DNA of 63,996 bases, the filler included, from Fonticula-like sp. SCN 57-25 (Eukaryota), in assembly GCA_001724245.1 (NCBI GenBank). It is 3 parts of 3 records of this genome, joined end to end, with 100 filler letters (N's around TTAATTAATTAA, not from the genome) between each part and the next. Parts side by side here need not be neighbours in the genome. Positions count along the whole stretch, not along the records: positions 1 to 17,873 come from MEDX01000117.1; positions 17,974 to 49,488 come from MEDX01000118.1; 1 more part is not named here. One strand, 5' to 3'. The notes below the pieces were generated by a model that saw only the letters and a program-made list of their open reading frames with translations, had not been told where the DNA came from and ran no database searches. Position numbers and translations under genes: made by a program. Below, one piece after another: positions 12,299 through 25,106 of this stretch; position 1 is the stretch's first letter; the number at the start of each line of letters is the position of its first letter.

Positions 12299-13673
12299 CT
12301 AATCCGACTTCTGCCTCTTCGAGTCCCGGCCACCCTTGCCCATCATTCTCCTCTTGGCCGGGTTGCTCTTATTGCCGCTGTGGCCCTTGCGCCTCTTCGT
12401 CTGCTCCTCCGCAACGTGAACGTAATACTTTTCATTCTCCTCGCCGGTGAGCGCGGTGAACGTGGGCTTGACGCCGTTGAACTCGACGCCCTGCTCGGTC
12501 AGCGCGGTGGCCGCGCGGCCGGCGCTGCCGGGTGCAGCAAAGCGCACGTAGCCCGACGCGTTGCCGCGCGAGTAGTCGATAAACTGGACGGTGCCGTACT
12601 CGCCAAAGAGATCCTTGAGCGACTCGCGCGAGATCGTCTCGCCGGCATTGATGTTTTCAATCTTGACAACAGTGTCCTCCTGGGCGAGCGACACAGTGAT
12701 GGCAGCAGCAGCGGCGGCGGGCGCCGAGGCATTGCCGTTGTCCGACTTGGTGGCGCGCTTGGCCTTGCGCTCCTCATATTCGTTCTTCTTCTGCTCGCTG
12801 AACTCGGTCCTACAAAGCAAGAATGATCAGTTTCACGCTGCATGCCGCAATGTCGAGCGCACTTTGACATGGTGATCAGCTTGTTGTCACCAAAGGAGCG
12901 CTCGGTCTCCTTGAGCCACTCGGCAGCAGCCTCCTCAGTGGCAAACTCGACAAACACTGAGCCCTTGAACGCGCGCGTCTCGATCGTGCGGCGCATGCGG
13001 ACAGAGAGGATCTGAGCGGGGGTGCTCGTCGAGGCAAAGAACGCCTCGAGGGCCTCGAGCGTCGTATCGAGAGGGAAGCCCTTCTACTCACAAGGCTCGT
13101 TAGAATCCGAAAAACAAAAAGGAGCCACGACATTCATGTTTCATGTGTACAACAACAAACAACAGATCGTCGGGTGACGTACAGCGTAGATGGTGCGCTT
13201 GGTGGCATCAATGTCCTCGGGGATCGGCGTGGCGCGCTTGACCATCTTGCGGTCCTCGCTCACATGGAGGAGATCCTTGGAGAGAAGGAGAGAGTCCACA
13301 AGGAGCTCATTGTCGGTGGTCAGATCGCGGACGCGCTTGAAGGTAGAGATCGCCGAGATCGGGACCCCTATTCAGGATTTAATTAGCAAGAGTAAAAAAA
13401 ATAGAAAATAAATTCAAATACAACATAAATGCACATGTATAATAGTTAAAATGCTTCGCTAGAGCCCTCCCCTCGTCGCTACGTACATCCTTCGTTCTTG
13501 TTGGCCAGATCCTTGAGGAAACGGTCGCGGGGGAAGTTGCTGTCGCTAAAGTAGAACTCAACCTGCTTCAGCACCTTGGCCATAAGCTCAGACTAGAAGC
13601 GCAGAGCGCATGTCAGCACTGGTGAACAAATAAGCGACCGGCGAAATGAGAGTACCTTGTCGGTCTCGGCCAT
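12299..13673 (-). CDS. SSB: La autoantigen RNA-binding protein (La motif, RRM, xRRM; 4 introns)
   Basis: [41 protein letters not shown], and a second RRM (FIDYSRG..GYVRF). Confidence 0.93.
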
Positions 13674-13909
13674 GATGTCGACGGAGACGGAGGGAAGTTT
13701 GGAACCACGCGGAACACGACCACGTGGACGAACTTGAGGAACTGCAAACATCTGACGACCCCCTGATCAGGCCCAGCGCTGGTTCCCGCGCGCGATCTGA
13801 GGCTGGTTTGGGTGTCTGGCGGCTCTGTTTGGCTGTGTTAAGCGGCGGGCTGTAGAGGCAGTGAGTGTCGAGTTGAGATGCGCTGAATAGGTGCCTGCTG
13901 ATACTGCGC

Positions 13910-15964
13910 ATGATGATTCGGTATCGAGGTGTGCTGGCGGCGGCGGGTCTCGCTCTCGCTTCGCTTTGGGTTTTATCGACACTTTTCCTTTGGAGTTACG
14001 ACGCGCCCGGCGCGCATGCGTCGCGCCTTTACTGGGATAATGCGACCGCAGTTGCTCTTGACAATGTTATCATGGGCGATGAGGATACCGGGCTCTTTTG
14101 GTTTGTTCACGTACGCGTGCTAGCTTTGTTGGACATGGCTGACACTTTGCTTGCAGGTGAGCGATCTTCACCTGAGCGCGTACCGAAAGGCCGCGACAGA
14201 AAACTTTCGTGCATTTCTGTCCGACGTCCCTCGCATGGTGAACCCTTCCCTCTATGTGATTACGGGAGATCTCACCGACGGTACGCTGCTTCATCTATCC
14301 CGCCTATCTCACCGTCCCCTCCAGCAAAGGACGCTGATCTTGTCCTCTCCGGCCAGCTTCTCTCCGAGTGGACAGAGTACGCGTCGCTCATCGAGCAGGC
14401 CAACTCGACAGGCTCGCTTGCGCCGTTCCTCGATCTCCGCGGCAACCACGACTGCTTCAATGTAGTTCGCCAGTCGCCGTCTCTTCTTCGCGACTACTAC
14501 GATTCGTTCAGCGCGTCCCATTCGCGCAACGGAACCGCTTTTCGCGTCCCCGGCACCTCTGACGTAATTACATTTATATCGCTTGATGCATGTCCCGCGC
14601 GCGGCCCCTCGCGCCCATTCAACTTTTGGGGCGTGCTGGACGCCGACGCCGCTGCCGCGGCCGCCGCTCGCGTCGCCGCCGCACCACCCGGCCACGTCAT
14701 CCTTCTCGGCCACTACCCTCGTGCCATCTTACGTGAAGGTGACTTTTCGGGCGTTCTTGGCGGCGCGTCCGCATACCTTTGCGGTCATCTTCACACGCTG
14801 CTCGGCCTCGCCCCCCGCATGCACGCCTACCACGCCGACGCACAAAGCCTCGAGCTCGAAGTGGGCGACCTCAAGGACAATCGCCGCTTCCGCGTGGTGC
14901 TCTTTGACCATGGTCTGATGAGCTCGGCCGACATGGACCTCGACGCGCCGTGGCCGCGCATCGTCATCACCAACCCAAAGGACGCGCGGTACTCGCTGCC
15001 CGGCCGCGAGCCGCTGCACAGACTGCGCGCCTCGACGCACGTGCGCGTCGCGTGGTTTGGCGACGCGCCGCCGGCACGTGTTAGTGTGCGCATTGACGGG
15101 GAGGCGTGGCGCTCGCCGCCGTTTGTCTACCGAAAGCCGCTCATCGCGTTCGAATGGGATCCACGTGGTCTCGCGCTTGACGAGACGCACGTCATTCAGG
15201 TGGCGGTCACGGACGAGCGCGGCGCGTCGTGCGAGTCTGCGCAGCCGTTTCGATTGGACGGGCGTCGGGAGGACCTCGACGGGTTTGGTGCGCTCCTCCT
15301 CACCTCGCCATTGCAAACTACAATAAAGTTTGCGGTCCTGGCTGCTGACTTTGTCACTGTTTTGCTGCTGCTCGCGGCGCCGCTCGGCGCTATCGCGAGG
15401 CGCGTCTTTCCCCCTTCTGTCGCCACATGGCCAATTTTTCCGCGTTCTTTTTACGCTCCGATTCGCGCCGTTCTCGCGGCCTTTGTAAGCCTCCCCTTCC
15501 GGCGTCCACTTTCTTATGCCGCGCTACTGCTGTACGGCTTGTACGCGCCGCTCGGCCCGTGGTTTGCCGGCCAATTCCTCTTCTCAGGGGCACAGCCTGA
15601 CGCCCTTGGGGCCGCGTGGTCGCTATCGAGCACGGACCCGCGCGCCGTTGGGTGGTTCTACCTTGCTGGCATTGCCGAGGCCGGTGGCGCATTCCACCCG
15701 ACGATGGACACGTGGATGCACGCCGTGCGGTTCCTCGTCTTTCTCTACCCAGTCGTAGCGCTGGACGCGGCGTTGGCGGGAACGGGCTGCGGTTGGGCGG
15801 GCACGACGGTCGCGGCGGCCTCGGCAGCTGCCATCATTAATGCTGCGAGCGGGGTTCATGGCCTCGCAGTGTTTTACGGATGGTGGACGTTTGTACTGGG
15901 ACCGGCGAGCTCGTGGTGGGTAGCCGTCTGCGCCGCCATCTGGGTTGCTGGGAGAAGACACTAG
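13910..15964 (+). CDS. TMEM62: TMEM62-like metallophosphoesterase membrane protein (2 introns)
   Basis: FWFVHVSDLH, ITGDLTDAK, LRGNHD, GHYP, YLCGHLH, LELEVGDLKDNRRFR, IVITNPK; C-terminal TM helices. Confidence 0.9.
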   Translation: MMIRYRGVLAAAGLALASLWVLSTLFLWSYDAPGAHASRLYWDNATAVALDNVIMGDEDTGLFWFVHVRVLALLDMADTLLAGERSSPERVPKGRDRKLSCISVRRPSHGEPFPLCDYGRSHRRYAASSIPPISPSPPAKDADLVLSGQLLSEWTEYASLIEQANSTGSLAPFLDLRGNHDCFNVVRQSPSLLRDYYDSFSASHSRNGTAFRVPGTSDVITFISLDACPARGPSRPFNFWGVLDADAAAAAAARVAAAPPGHVILLGHYPRAILREGDFSGVLGGASAYLCGHLHTLLGLAPRMHAYHADAQSLELEVGDLKDNRRFRVVLFDHGLMSSADMDLDAPWPRIVITNPKDARYSLPGREPLHRLRASTHVRVAWFGDAPPARVSVRIDGEAWRSPPFVYRKPLIAFEWDPRGLALDETHVIQVAVTDERGASCESAQPFRLDGRREDLDGFGALLLTSPLQTTIKFAVLAADFVTVLLLLAAPLGAIARRVFPPSVATWPIFPRSFYAPIRAVLAAFVSLPFRRPLSYAALLLYGLYAPLGPWFAGQFLFSGAQPDALGAAWSLSSTDPRAVGWFYLAGIAEAGGAFHPTMDTWMHAVRFLVFLYPVVALDAALAGTGCGWAGTTVAAASAAAIINAASGVHGLAVFYGWWTFVLGPASSWWVAVCAAIWVAGRRH

Positions 15965-16121
15965 ACATGCAGCTGGGTCACAAGCAACATATTAAAATAA
16001 TATTGTATTATAATTGTAGAAGTCCTACGATACGTGTACATAAAATATCAGCAATAAAGGCAATAAAGCATAAAATATTAGTAATAAAAAGAAGCAAGAA
16101 GCGAAACACTTGCGAGCAGGA

Positions 16122-17873
16122 TTACTTGAGCTGCGACCTAGTAGTAAAGGCGGGCTGCGTGGTCTCATTGCCCGCCAACCGCGAAAGCACCTCCACCACG
16201 TGATCAATTGTCGGGCGCACGGTGTAGTCGAGCGTAAAGATGGTCTTTACGAGCTCGCCCAGCGAGAAGCGCTCAATTTCAGTGTACTGCGGCACCATAA
16301 GGAACCGCTCGGCAAACATGCTGCGCTCAATCTCGACTTCGGTGCTGTTCTCCCAAGGGACGCGACGCGTCAGCAGCTCCCAAAAGATAACCGCCACCGA
16401 GAACACGTCGCTCGCAAAGTCTTCCTCGAGCGACCACGAGGCAGTCGGGTCGTGAATGTGAGCAAACACTTGAGGGGAGGCGTAGCGGAGCGACGAGCCC
16501 ATCGCGAGCGTCGCAATCTCATCGTCACTATCACAAACCATTAGACACTGAATATTAAAAAAAAAAGGGACGTACGCAGTGCGCGCCGTGGTAAAGTCGC
16601 TGATGACCGGGAGCGGCCACCCTTCGCGGGAAAACTTGAGCAGCACGTGGCTCGACTTGATGTCGCGGTGCGCAACGGTCAGCGTGTGGATGGCCTGCAC
16701 GCCAGCGGCAATGCCATTGGCGAGGTGGATAAGCAGGCTCGTCTGGAGCTGGCCAGTCGCCATGAAAGGCATGCGGCCAAACGAGCGCACAAAGTCTATG
16801 AAAGGACAAGAATTAGTTAAAATGAAATTTGAAAGGCAACAAAACCGGACGAAACCAGCAAAAACCGACAAAAAACCCACAAAAAACATGCATAACACAT
16901 TTCATATCAAACATTTCATATTGCAAACGTACCGAAATCGGTATCCTGATGAAGGAACATGAACAGATCGGTATCATAGAGCTTTGTCACGATCGCCCTC
17001 GGCTCTTCCGAGAACGCGACGAGTCCAATAACGTTCGGGTGGAACGACAGCGTCCACAACAGACTCACCTCTGCGCGGAAGCGGTCCTCATTGAACTGCT
17101 CCGAGAGCAAAAGTCGGTCATTGAACAGCTTGACCGCCACCTGCGTGTCATCAACGCGCCTCGACAGCGTCACATCAACCAGCGTCGCAATGCTCACCTT
17201 GCCACTCGAGCTCGTCTACAACACAAAACATGTCAGCAAACGCGGTAAAATACCAAAATATAAAATACCTTGAGGACAGGGCCGGGCTGCAGCGCCTCGT
17301 TAAAGTCAATAAGCAAAAAGCCGGGCAGAGACACCTCGAGCATCGTGTTGACGACCGTGTGGGCCGCCTCGTGAAGGTGCGAAGTCGAGTCGGCAAACTT
17401 GCTTGCGTTGCTGTACGAAAGTGCATTGCGGTACGTCTTGATGGCAGTCTATAGCGTCATGTGCGTCAGAAGATATAAAAGTGAATGTTATAGTGCCGTA
17501 CCAGGGTCTCGACACCGCCAAACTCGTCAAGGATCATCTTGACGCGGTTCTGCCGCTTACGAATGATAACAATGACAACAACAAGAATAAGGATCAGAAG
17601 AGCGACAGCACCGATGGTCGCGCCAACAATAATCGTTCCATTCTGTCCAAGACCAGGCTCTATATCATCATTAAATATTTAGCTTGCTGATTTTTTACAA
17701 TCTTTCGCGCACCTTCAATGATGTTGGACGAGTCGGACCGCGTGCTCACCGCCAGCCGCGCGCCAACCTTCTCGGTCTCGCCATCGAGGCCCGCCAGCAG
17801 CAGCACCTCGTACGCGACGGCCGGGCTCAGCGAATCAATCGTCGCATACGACTGGCCTGGAAAGACAAAATTT
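16122..17873 (-). CDS. Single-pass receptor-like TKL (pseudo)kinase, 5'-truncated by contig end
   Basis: TM helix IIVGATIGAVALLILILVVVIVII followed by RKR; VAVK, FRAEV, HRDIKSSH, DFT, SDVFSVAVIFWELL. Confidence 0.85.
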
Positions 17874-17973
17874 NNNNNNNNNNNNNNNNNNNNNNNNNNN
17901 NNNNNNNNNNNNNNNNNTTAATTAATTAANNNNNNNNNNNNNNNNNNNNNNNNNNNNNNNNNNNNNNNNNNNN
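17874..17973. other. Artificial contig-joining spacer
   Basis: N44-TTAATTAATTAA-N44 (stops in all six frames); identical structure at 49489-49588. Confidence 0.97.
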
Positions 17974-19100
17974 TGTGATGCTATAGCACTGAGACGACAC
18001 AGCGTTAGTTCCCGGAGCTAATGTGACGCACCTTGTGTAACAACTCATAAACCATAAAGTACAATCGTCACAATTGCTCATCTCGCCTTCAAGTTGGAAG
18101 CGAGTCCTTTTGGACATTGCATAATGGTGCGCAAAATGGAGAGCGCTTCACAGTACTTTTCAATTGCACCTGAGGTGGGTGGGGGGCACTGTGCGAAGGC
18201 CAGGATACAATGCAACAGGGCGTAAAAGTGTGAAAAATGAGCTATTAAAGCATAAACTTGCTATAAAAGCTGTCAAGTGTCAACAAGCAACACAAGCAAC
18301 ACATTTTGTTTTGCTTGGATGCATGCCTGCTCCTCTCTCGAGACCTCAACGCCTTATTCATGGGTACCACTCAGATTCCCCTCGAAGCAAAGCTTGCAGG
18401 GGTACAACAGCTTCATCTGGCGAGTGGTGTTTCTGATTGAATATTTAGCCCATCTTCATTAACCAATCGTGAGTAAGTAAAAGGTGAGAAAAGGATGTGA
18501 TAGGATGATTGTCTAATCAAGCAATCTGATTCGCTCAATTCGTTTACATCGTCGTGTGGATTTGTTGTTTGAAGTGGTTCCGAATACCGGTATCATACTT
18601 GTGGCATTTCCAAAGAAATATTGTTCAACTATTGGCGCTGCAAGAGAGCTGCTGTACGATATTGGTCCTGAGTGTAAACGTTCCGTCCTTGTAAGCGTAG
18701 CACGCGGGTGTCAGGAGCCACCACCACCACCACTACACGGGCCGCGCCCTTCGGCACCACGCGCACCACTTCCGTGACCAACACCATTCGTCTCGCCTCG
18801 TCACGAGCTCTCGAACGCACTCTGAATCATCGCTCTACGACAAGTATTCGCGGAGATACGATATACACGATATCAGGAATCACCGCCCGATCCCTTCACG
18901 GTCAACCATCGGCCCAGATAGCGGCTCCTCGATCGAGCCAACACTATCGCTGACCCGGCACACGCGCACAGACGTGCTACGCGTCCAGGACGTTTACACG
19001 CAGGACCAATAGCGCGCACTATAGCTGGCCTGCAGGACGCCCACGCTAATCAACGGACAGCGTGCGGCGTACACGCCTTTCAGTTTTTCTCTACCTGGTT
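17974..19100. repeat. Degenerate repeat shared with 1-1740
   Basis: AAAGTACAATCGTCACA at 18056; CTCTCGAACGCAC...GTATTCGCGGAGATA and CCAATAGCGCGCACT...GCAGGACGCCCACGC are shared with 1531-1680. Confidence 0.7.
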
Positions 19101-19534
19101 GCGCCCTTTTTAAATACGGTGGATTTGCCTCATCCTCGTGTGTTCCTTCCTTTGCGTTACAATACAAGCTCGGCACACTGGCACACCCTTTGCGCGGGGC
19201 GCAGCCATCACATTCGCAAGTCGAGGACATTTAAAAGGTTGAGGTGTCGAGAAGTTTCATTGCGACGACAGTGTTTCATGGCATTCGAATAACCACACAA
19301 AGGTGCGTCACTTTGTCTATTTGAACTAAAGCTGTGCCGCAGCAGCAGCACAACCACCCAACAATCACAGGATTCACAATTGCGTCACCATCCTTTATTG
19401 TGACTGTCCATCTCACCTTACCTGTCACCATCATGCCATTCCACACACCTGTCACCATTCGTCTCCGCATATCCTTTTGTAGCTCGCGTGTTTTCAGTGT
19501 CTTTTCTCTACTGCACTGGTAACAAACCTCGTTC

Positions 19535-20400
19535 CTAAGTAGCAGATTTCCTCCGCCATGACATTGGGGACAACGACGTCTTGGGTTGATCCTCAAGGAC
19601 ATGATGGTAGCCTGACGCCAGATCGAGCGTCGTGAAAATGGACGCGCCGGACATCTTGTCAATGAGGTCTTCCGGTTTTGTCAGCGGAAAATTGTCTCTC
19701 GTTGTCTCTGCATTGAGGGCGCGGTAATCGATGCACAGCCGCGTTGAGCCATTGGGCTTCGGTACTGTACGAGAACAATCGGTGCAGCCCACGGGCTCGT
19801 CGAGCGGACGACAAGGCCACGTTTCTCAAGCTCGTTAACTTCTTGTTCAGCAATGCTGTAGCGTTCAGGGCCGTGGCGATAGGGTGCGCGGCGAAGCGGC
19901 GCAGTGTTGCCCGTTGGAATCTCGTGTTCGACCTTGATGTAGTACCTAGTGCGCGGCCTTCGGCGGCGAAAATGTCACGGTACTTGCTCACAATGTCGAA
20001 CAACTCGGCTTGATGTGCTGTTGCAGCTCGAAGTTGCTCAACGTTCGGTCCTACTTCGTGATAATCGGGGCCTTCAGGCAGCGGCGGCATGGCTTGCTCG
20101 GTGGTGTCGGTTATTGCGACAGATGCGATCACCGCGGCGAGTTGCTCGTTGCCCGCCACTGCGCGCTAGTGCGGAGTCGTAGGCCTGATGGGAGTTCGAC
20201 ACGATCACTGGTCTTATCTAGGTATAGTCGTGCTCCCATGTGGCGTAAAACGTCCATCCCAATGACCATCGCGCTAATAAGGCTATTGATGACGAGAAAT
20301 GCGACAATGTCGGGCTCGTGCCTTGAACCAGCGGGTTTAATCGGGGTAATGGTGACTCCAATCGGTCAGTAGGTCTCATCGAAGCACCGGAATGGCCTCT
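19535..20400 (-). pseudogene. Ty3/Gypsy pol remnant (aspartic protease C-terminus plus RT N-terminus), frameshifted
   Basis: AFLVINSLISAMVIGMDVLRHMG (retropepsin end), KYRDIFA, PKPNGSTRLCIDYRALN, FTTLDLASGYH; multiple frameshifts, truncated before YxDD. Confidence 0.88.
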
Positions 20401-21008
20401 ACAGGAGCGACGCAGTGTTGTGAGTATGGATGCGCTTCTCTACCAAAACAGACTTGCCAAGCCAAGCCGCTATGCATGCAGGTTGCCCTGCCCTTCACGA
20501 GGCCCTCTGTACAGTCTCTTCTCTCACCTCCTGACCAGCTGCGAGGCTAACTCATCGTCACTAGAATTGAAAGAATTCTGTGGCAGTCCTACACAGAGAG
20601 TGTCTATGACTATGGTTATGTGGTTGGATTCATGGGTTCCCTATCCCTCGGAGCGAATGTACCACGAATGTCTTTCACTGAGCTCTACCACCTATGGACA
20701 CATTCATTGTTCTCGTCGATATCCGATTGCACCCTCTGTAAGCTGCATTATGTGATATGTGCGAGAAACCGTAAATCCGCACAGTGTTACCCCCTTTCAA
20801 TAACAGGATGCTGCATCTGCTGGGGTTAATATAGTAGTTGTTCTCTTTTCAAGGAATGCAAAGATGGAAAAGTATTACAATAATATTATGACTGTCTCAT
20901 GCTGACACACAGCAGCACATAGATATACAACCATATCGTACATGTCAAAACTAACAATAGCATGCGCATGCATAACCATCACTGTATGCGAGTCGTGCTA
21001 TATCTATA

Positions 21009-21881
21009 TCAGCGCAGCAGTGATACGGCCACCGGAGCTTGCTCTGGCTGCTCGCGAGCCTTTTCGCGCCGCTGTCTCGATTGGCTCGCGCACCTCGCGT
21101 CGCACATCACGTAAGTCAAAGGAACATTGTCGACGCTGCAGACCGTGGTGAGCTCGACATCGCGCACACAGTCGGAAAATATCCTCCCGTTGCATTGGTC
21201 GCATTGTTTTCCATCACTCGTTGCATCTCTCAATGCGCGGGCCGCCACGCATGCGTCACCCGTCATATTCTCCGCCCCTTCTTTTCTCACCAGGCGACGC
21301 AGAGAAAGCTCGTACAGCGATGGGGCCACCACGAGACTTCCTTCCTCCGACGTCCGCTTGAAATGTGGGTTGGGATGGCAAACGAGCACCTGCAGGCGAG
21401 GCAAAGAGGACACCTCCTTTGGCAATGACTGGAGCAAGTTGTTGGCAACATTGAGCTCCCGAAGATTCACAAGCGATCGAATAATGGGCGGTATGCTTGT
21501 CAAGAGGTTGTTCCGAAGCGAGAGTACCGTCAAGTTGGTCATTGAAAATAGGTGGTTTACGCTTCTTAGCGCGTTGGAATTAAGAAATACTTCGACGTCC
21601 GCGGTGATGGTCGAGTCCTTCGAGAAAGTGCGAAACAAACGTAGGTCAGTCACACAGGCCGGCAGCTGCTGCATCTCAAGTCCGCTACATCATGTCGAAA
21701 AGTCAGCACCAAGTTCTCCCGCCAATAATCAGGTGGCGCACCTGAGCACCACCTTGGAATTGCCCGTCTCAAACGCCTTGCTAATCGAAGTACGGACAGC
21801 CATGTTGACCTTGTTCTCGTCATCGCTGGCTTTATTATCGCGTGCTCGATCTCGAGGCGGCAGCGATCTTTGACCCAGCAT
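21009..21881 (-). CDS. Leucine-rich-repeat protein with BC-box-like motif and Cys-rich tail (LRRC58-like; 1 intron)
   Basis: LRRs (LTVLSLRNNLLTSIP, LRELNVANNLLQSLP), PSLYELSLR, CDQC..IFSDCVR..C..VPL..CDARC. Confidence 0.75.
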
Positions 21882-22218
21882 GGTGACAATGCCTGTATGG
21901 ATGGTGACACCTACTACGAGCGTATAATAATTATGTAGGTTCTAGTTTCCCACGGGTTGGACGCCGTAGCAAGGCTCCAAAGAGTGGGTTCACAAAAAGT
22001 GGGTTCACAGTACGAATGGTGCTTCCCAGGTAGTATAAGGCCGAGACCACACAAGCCTCCTCCTAACTTGGCACCAGTGGCAAGCGAACACGCAATCCGC
22101 CCCACAAAGACTGGAGCCGTTACAATATAATGGCCGATCAACTTTGCAGTTTGCACCGACGAGTTTGCAGTTTGCGAGTTCGTCCGCTGCGGTGGACACT
22201 ACGAGCAGCGGCAGCGTG

Positions 22219-22999
22219 ATGCAAGCTATCTATATAGCCGCTGCTATCCTACTCGCAGTTCTTGCTATTTCATGTGCAAAGCTGTTGCGGCACCGTCCCA
22301 TGTTGCATCTTGGCGATCATCTGCTGCTCGTTATCGCACATCCTGATGATGAGTGCATGTTCTTTACACCTACGCTTACCGGGCGCCTCGCTCCGCGCGT
22401 GAGCGTGCTATGCCTTTCGTCAGGCAATGCCGACAATCTTGGCAGTACACGCAAGTTAGAACTTGTTCACAGCTGTGCCCATTTTGGCATCCCTCCTTCC
22501 AATGTGGACATAATTGATCATCCGTACGGTTCTGTGTGGGCACGGAAACCTGCTTATGCTTTCGCTTGTTCGCAGAGATCTTCAAGACGGGATGAATGCT
22601 GTCTGGCCGTCGTCAGTGGTGTCTGAAATTGTGGCAGGTGCCGTTTCGAGGCGCGAGTGTGACGTAATAGTCACATTTGATGACCATGGGGTGTCAGGGC
22701 ACCCGAACCACATTGCGGCTTTTCGCGGGGTGAGCGAGTATGCTGCGGCGAGTGACGGTGCTGTTAAGGCATATTCGTTAAGGAGCGTTTCTCTTTTGCG
22801 CAAGTATATTGGTATGCTAGATGCTCTATTCACGTCTGCCAAGAGTCCAAGGGACGTCGTGATATTTGGGTCATTCCAGGACGTCCTGACAGGGCAGAGC
22901 GCAATGGCCGCTCATAAATCGCAATTCGTCTGGTTTAGAAGGATCTACGTCGTTCTGTCTCGGTTCATGGTGATCAACGAGCTTGCTCCGCTTAACTGA
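22219..22999 (+). CDS. PIGL: GlcNAc-PI de-N-acetylase (1 intron)
   Basis: N-terminal [35 protein letters not shown]. Confidence 0.96.
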
Positions 23000-23286
23000 G
23001 CGGTCGTGTACACTATTTGAATACTGCATGATGTAGACTGCAATATGATTGGCACCCTTATCCCTTGCCCACTACCATATGGTCCAAATATTGCGTGTAG
23101 GCAGGTGCCAAAGAACAGTTCAGTGCGGTCAGGGTGCAGGCGCAACTTCTGTTTCCTCAACAAAGTGGACAATTACATGTCAGAGAATAGTGAACATAGT
23201 TGGAGGCACAATCATCGACATTACTAAGCTGCTCCCACGTGGTCATCCATTCAGGTCGTGCACTCGTGGTGGTCATCGGCACAATA

Positions 23287-24860
<1,574 letters not shown>

Positions 24861-25106
24861 TGTGCAATATGGCAATTTTTCGGTTATGGCATATCTTTTT
24901 CTTTTTTGGTTTAGCCTTTGCATGTAGTCGAGTGTTAGAGAGATATCACAATAGAAATCTATCAATCAGTAAATTCGACACCATTCGATGCATGGTTCAT
25001 TTTTATTTATTTATATAAGAACGCGATGGTAGGAAATGTGAACAGAAAGAACTAATGCGAGCCAGCGAGGGAGATTACTGTCTGTAACCCCTAACCATCT
25101 ACGCAA

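Noticed and set aside
17918-17929. Palindromic TTAATTAATTAA island, repeated at 49533-49544
   Set aside because: It is flanked by exactly 44 Ns on each side and is a six-frame-stop contig linker. Gene adjacency across it has no biological meaning.
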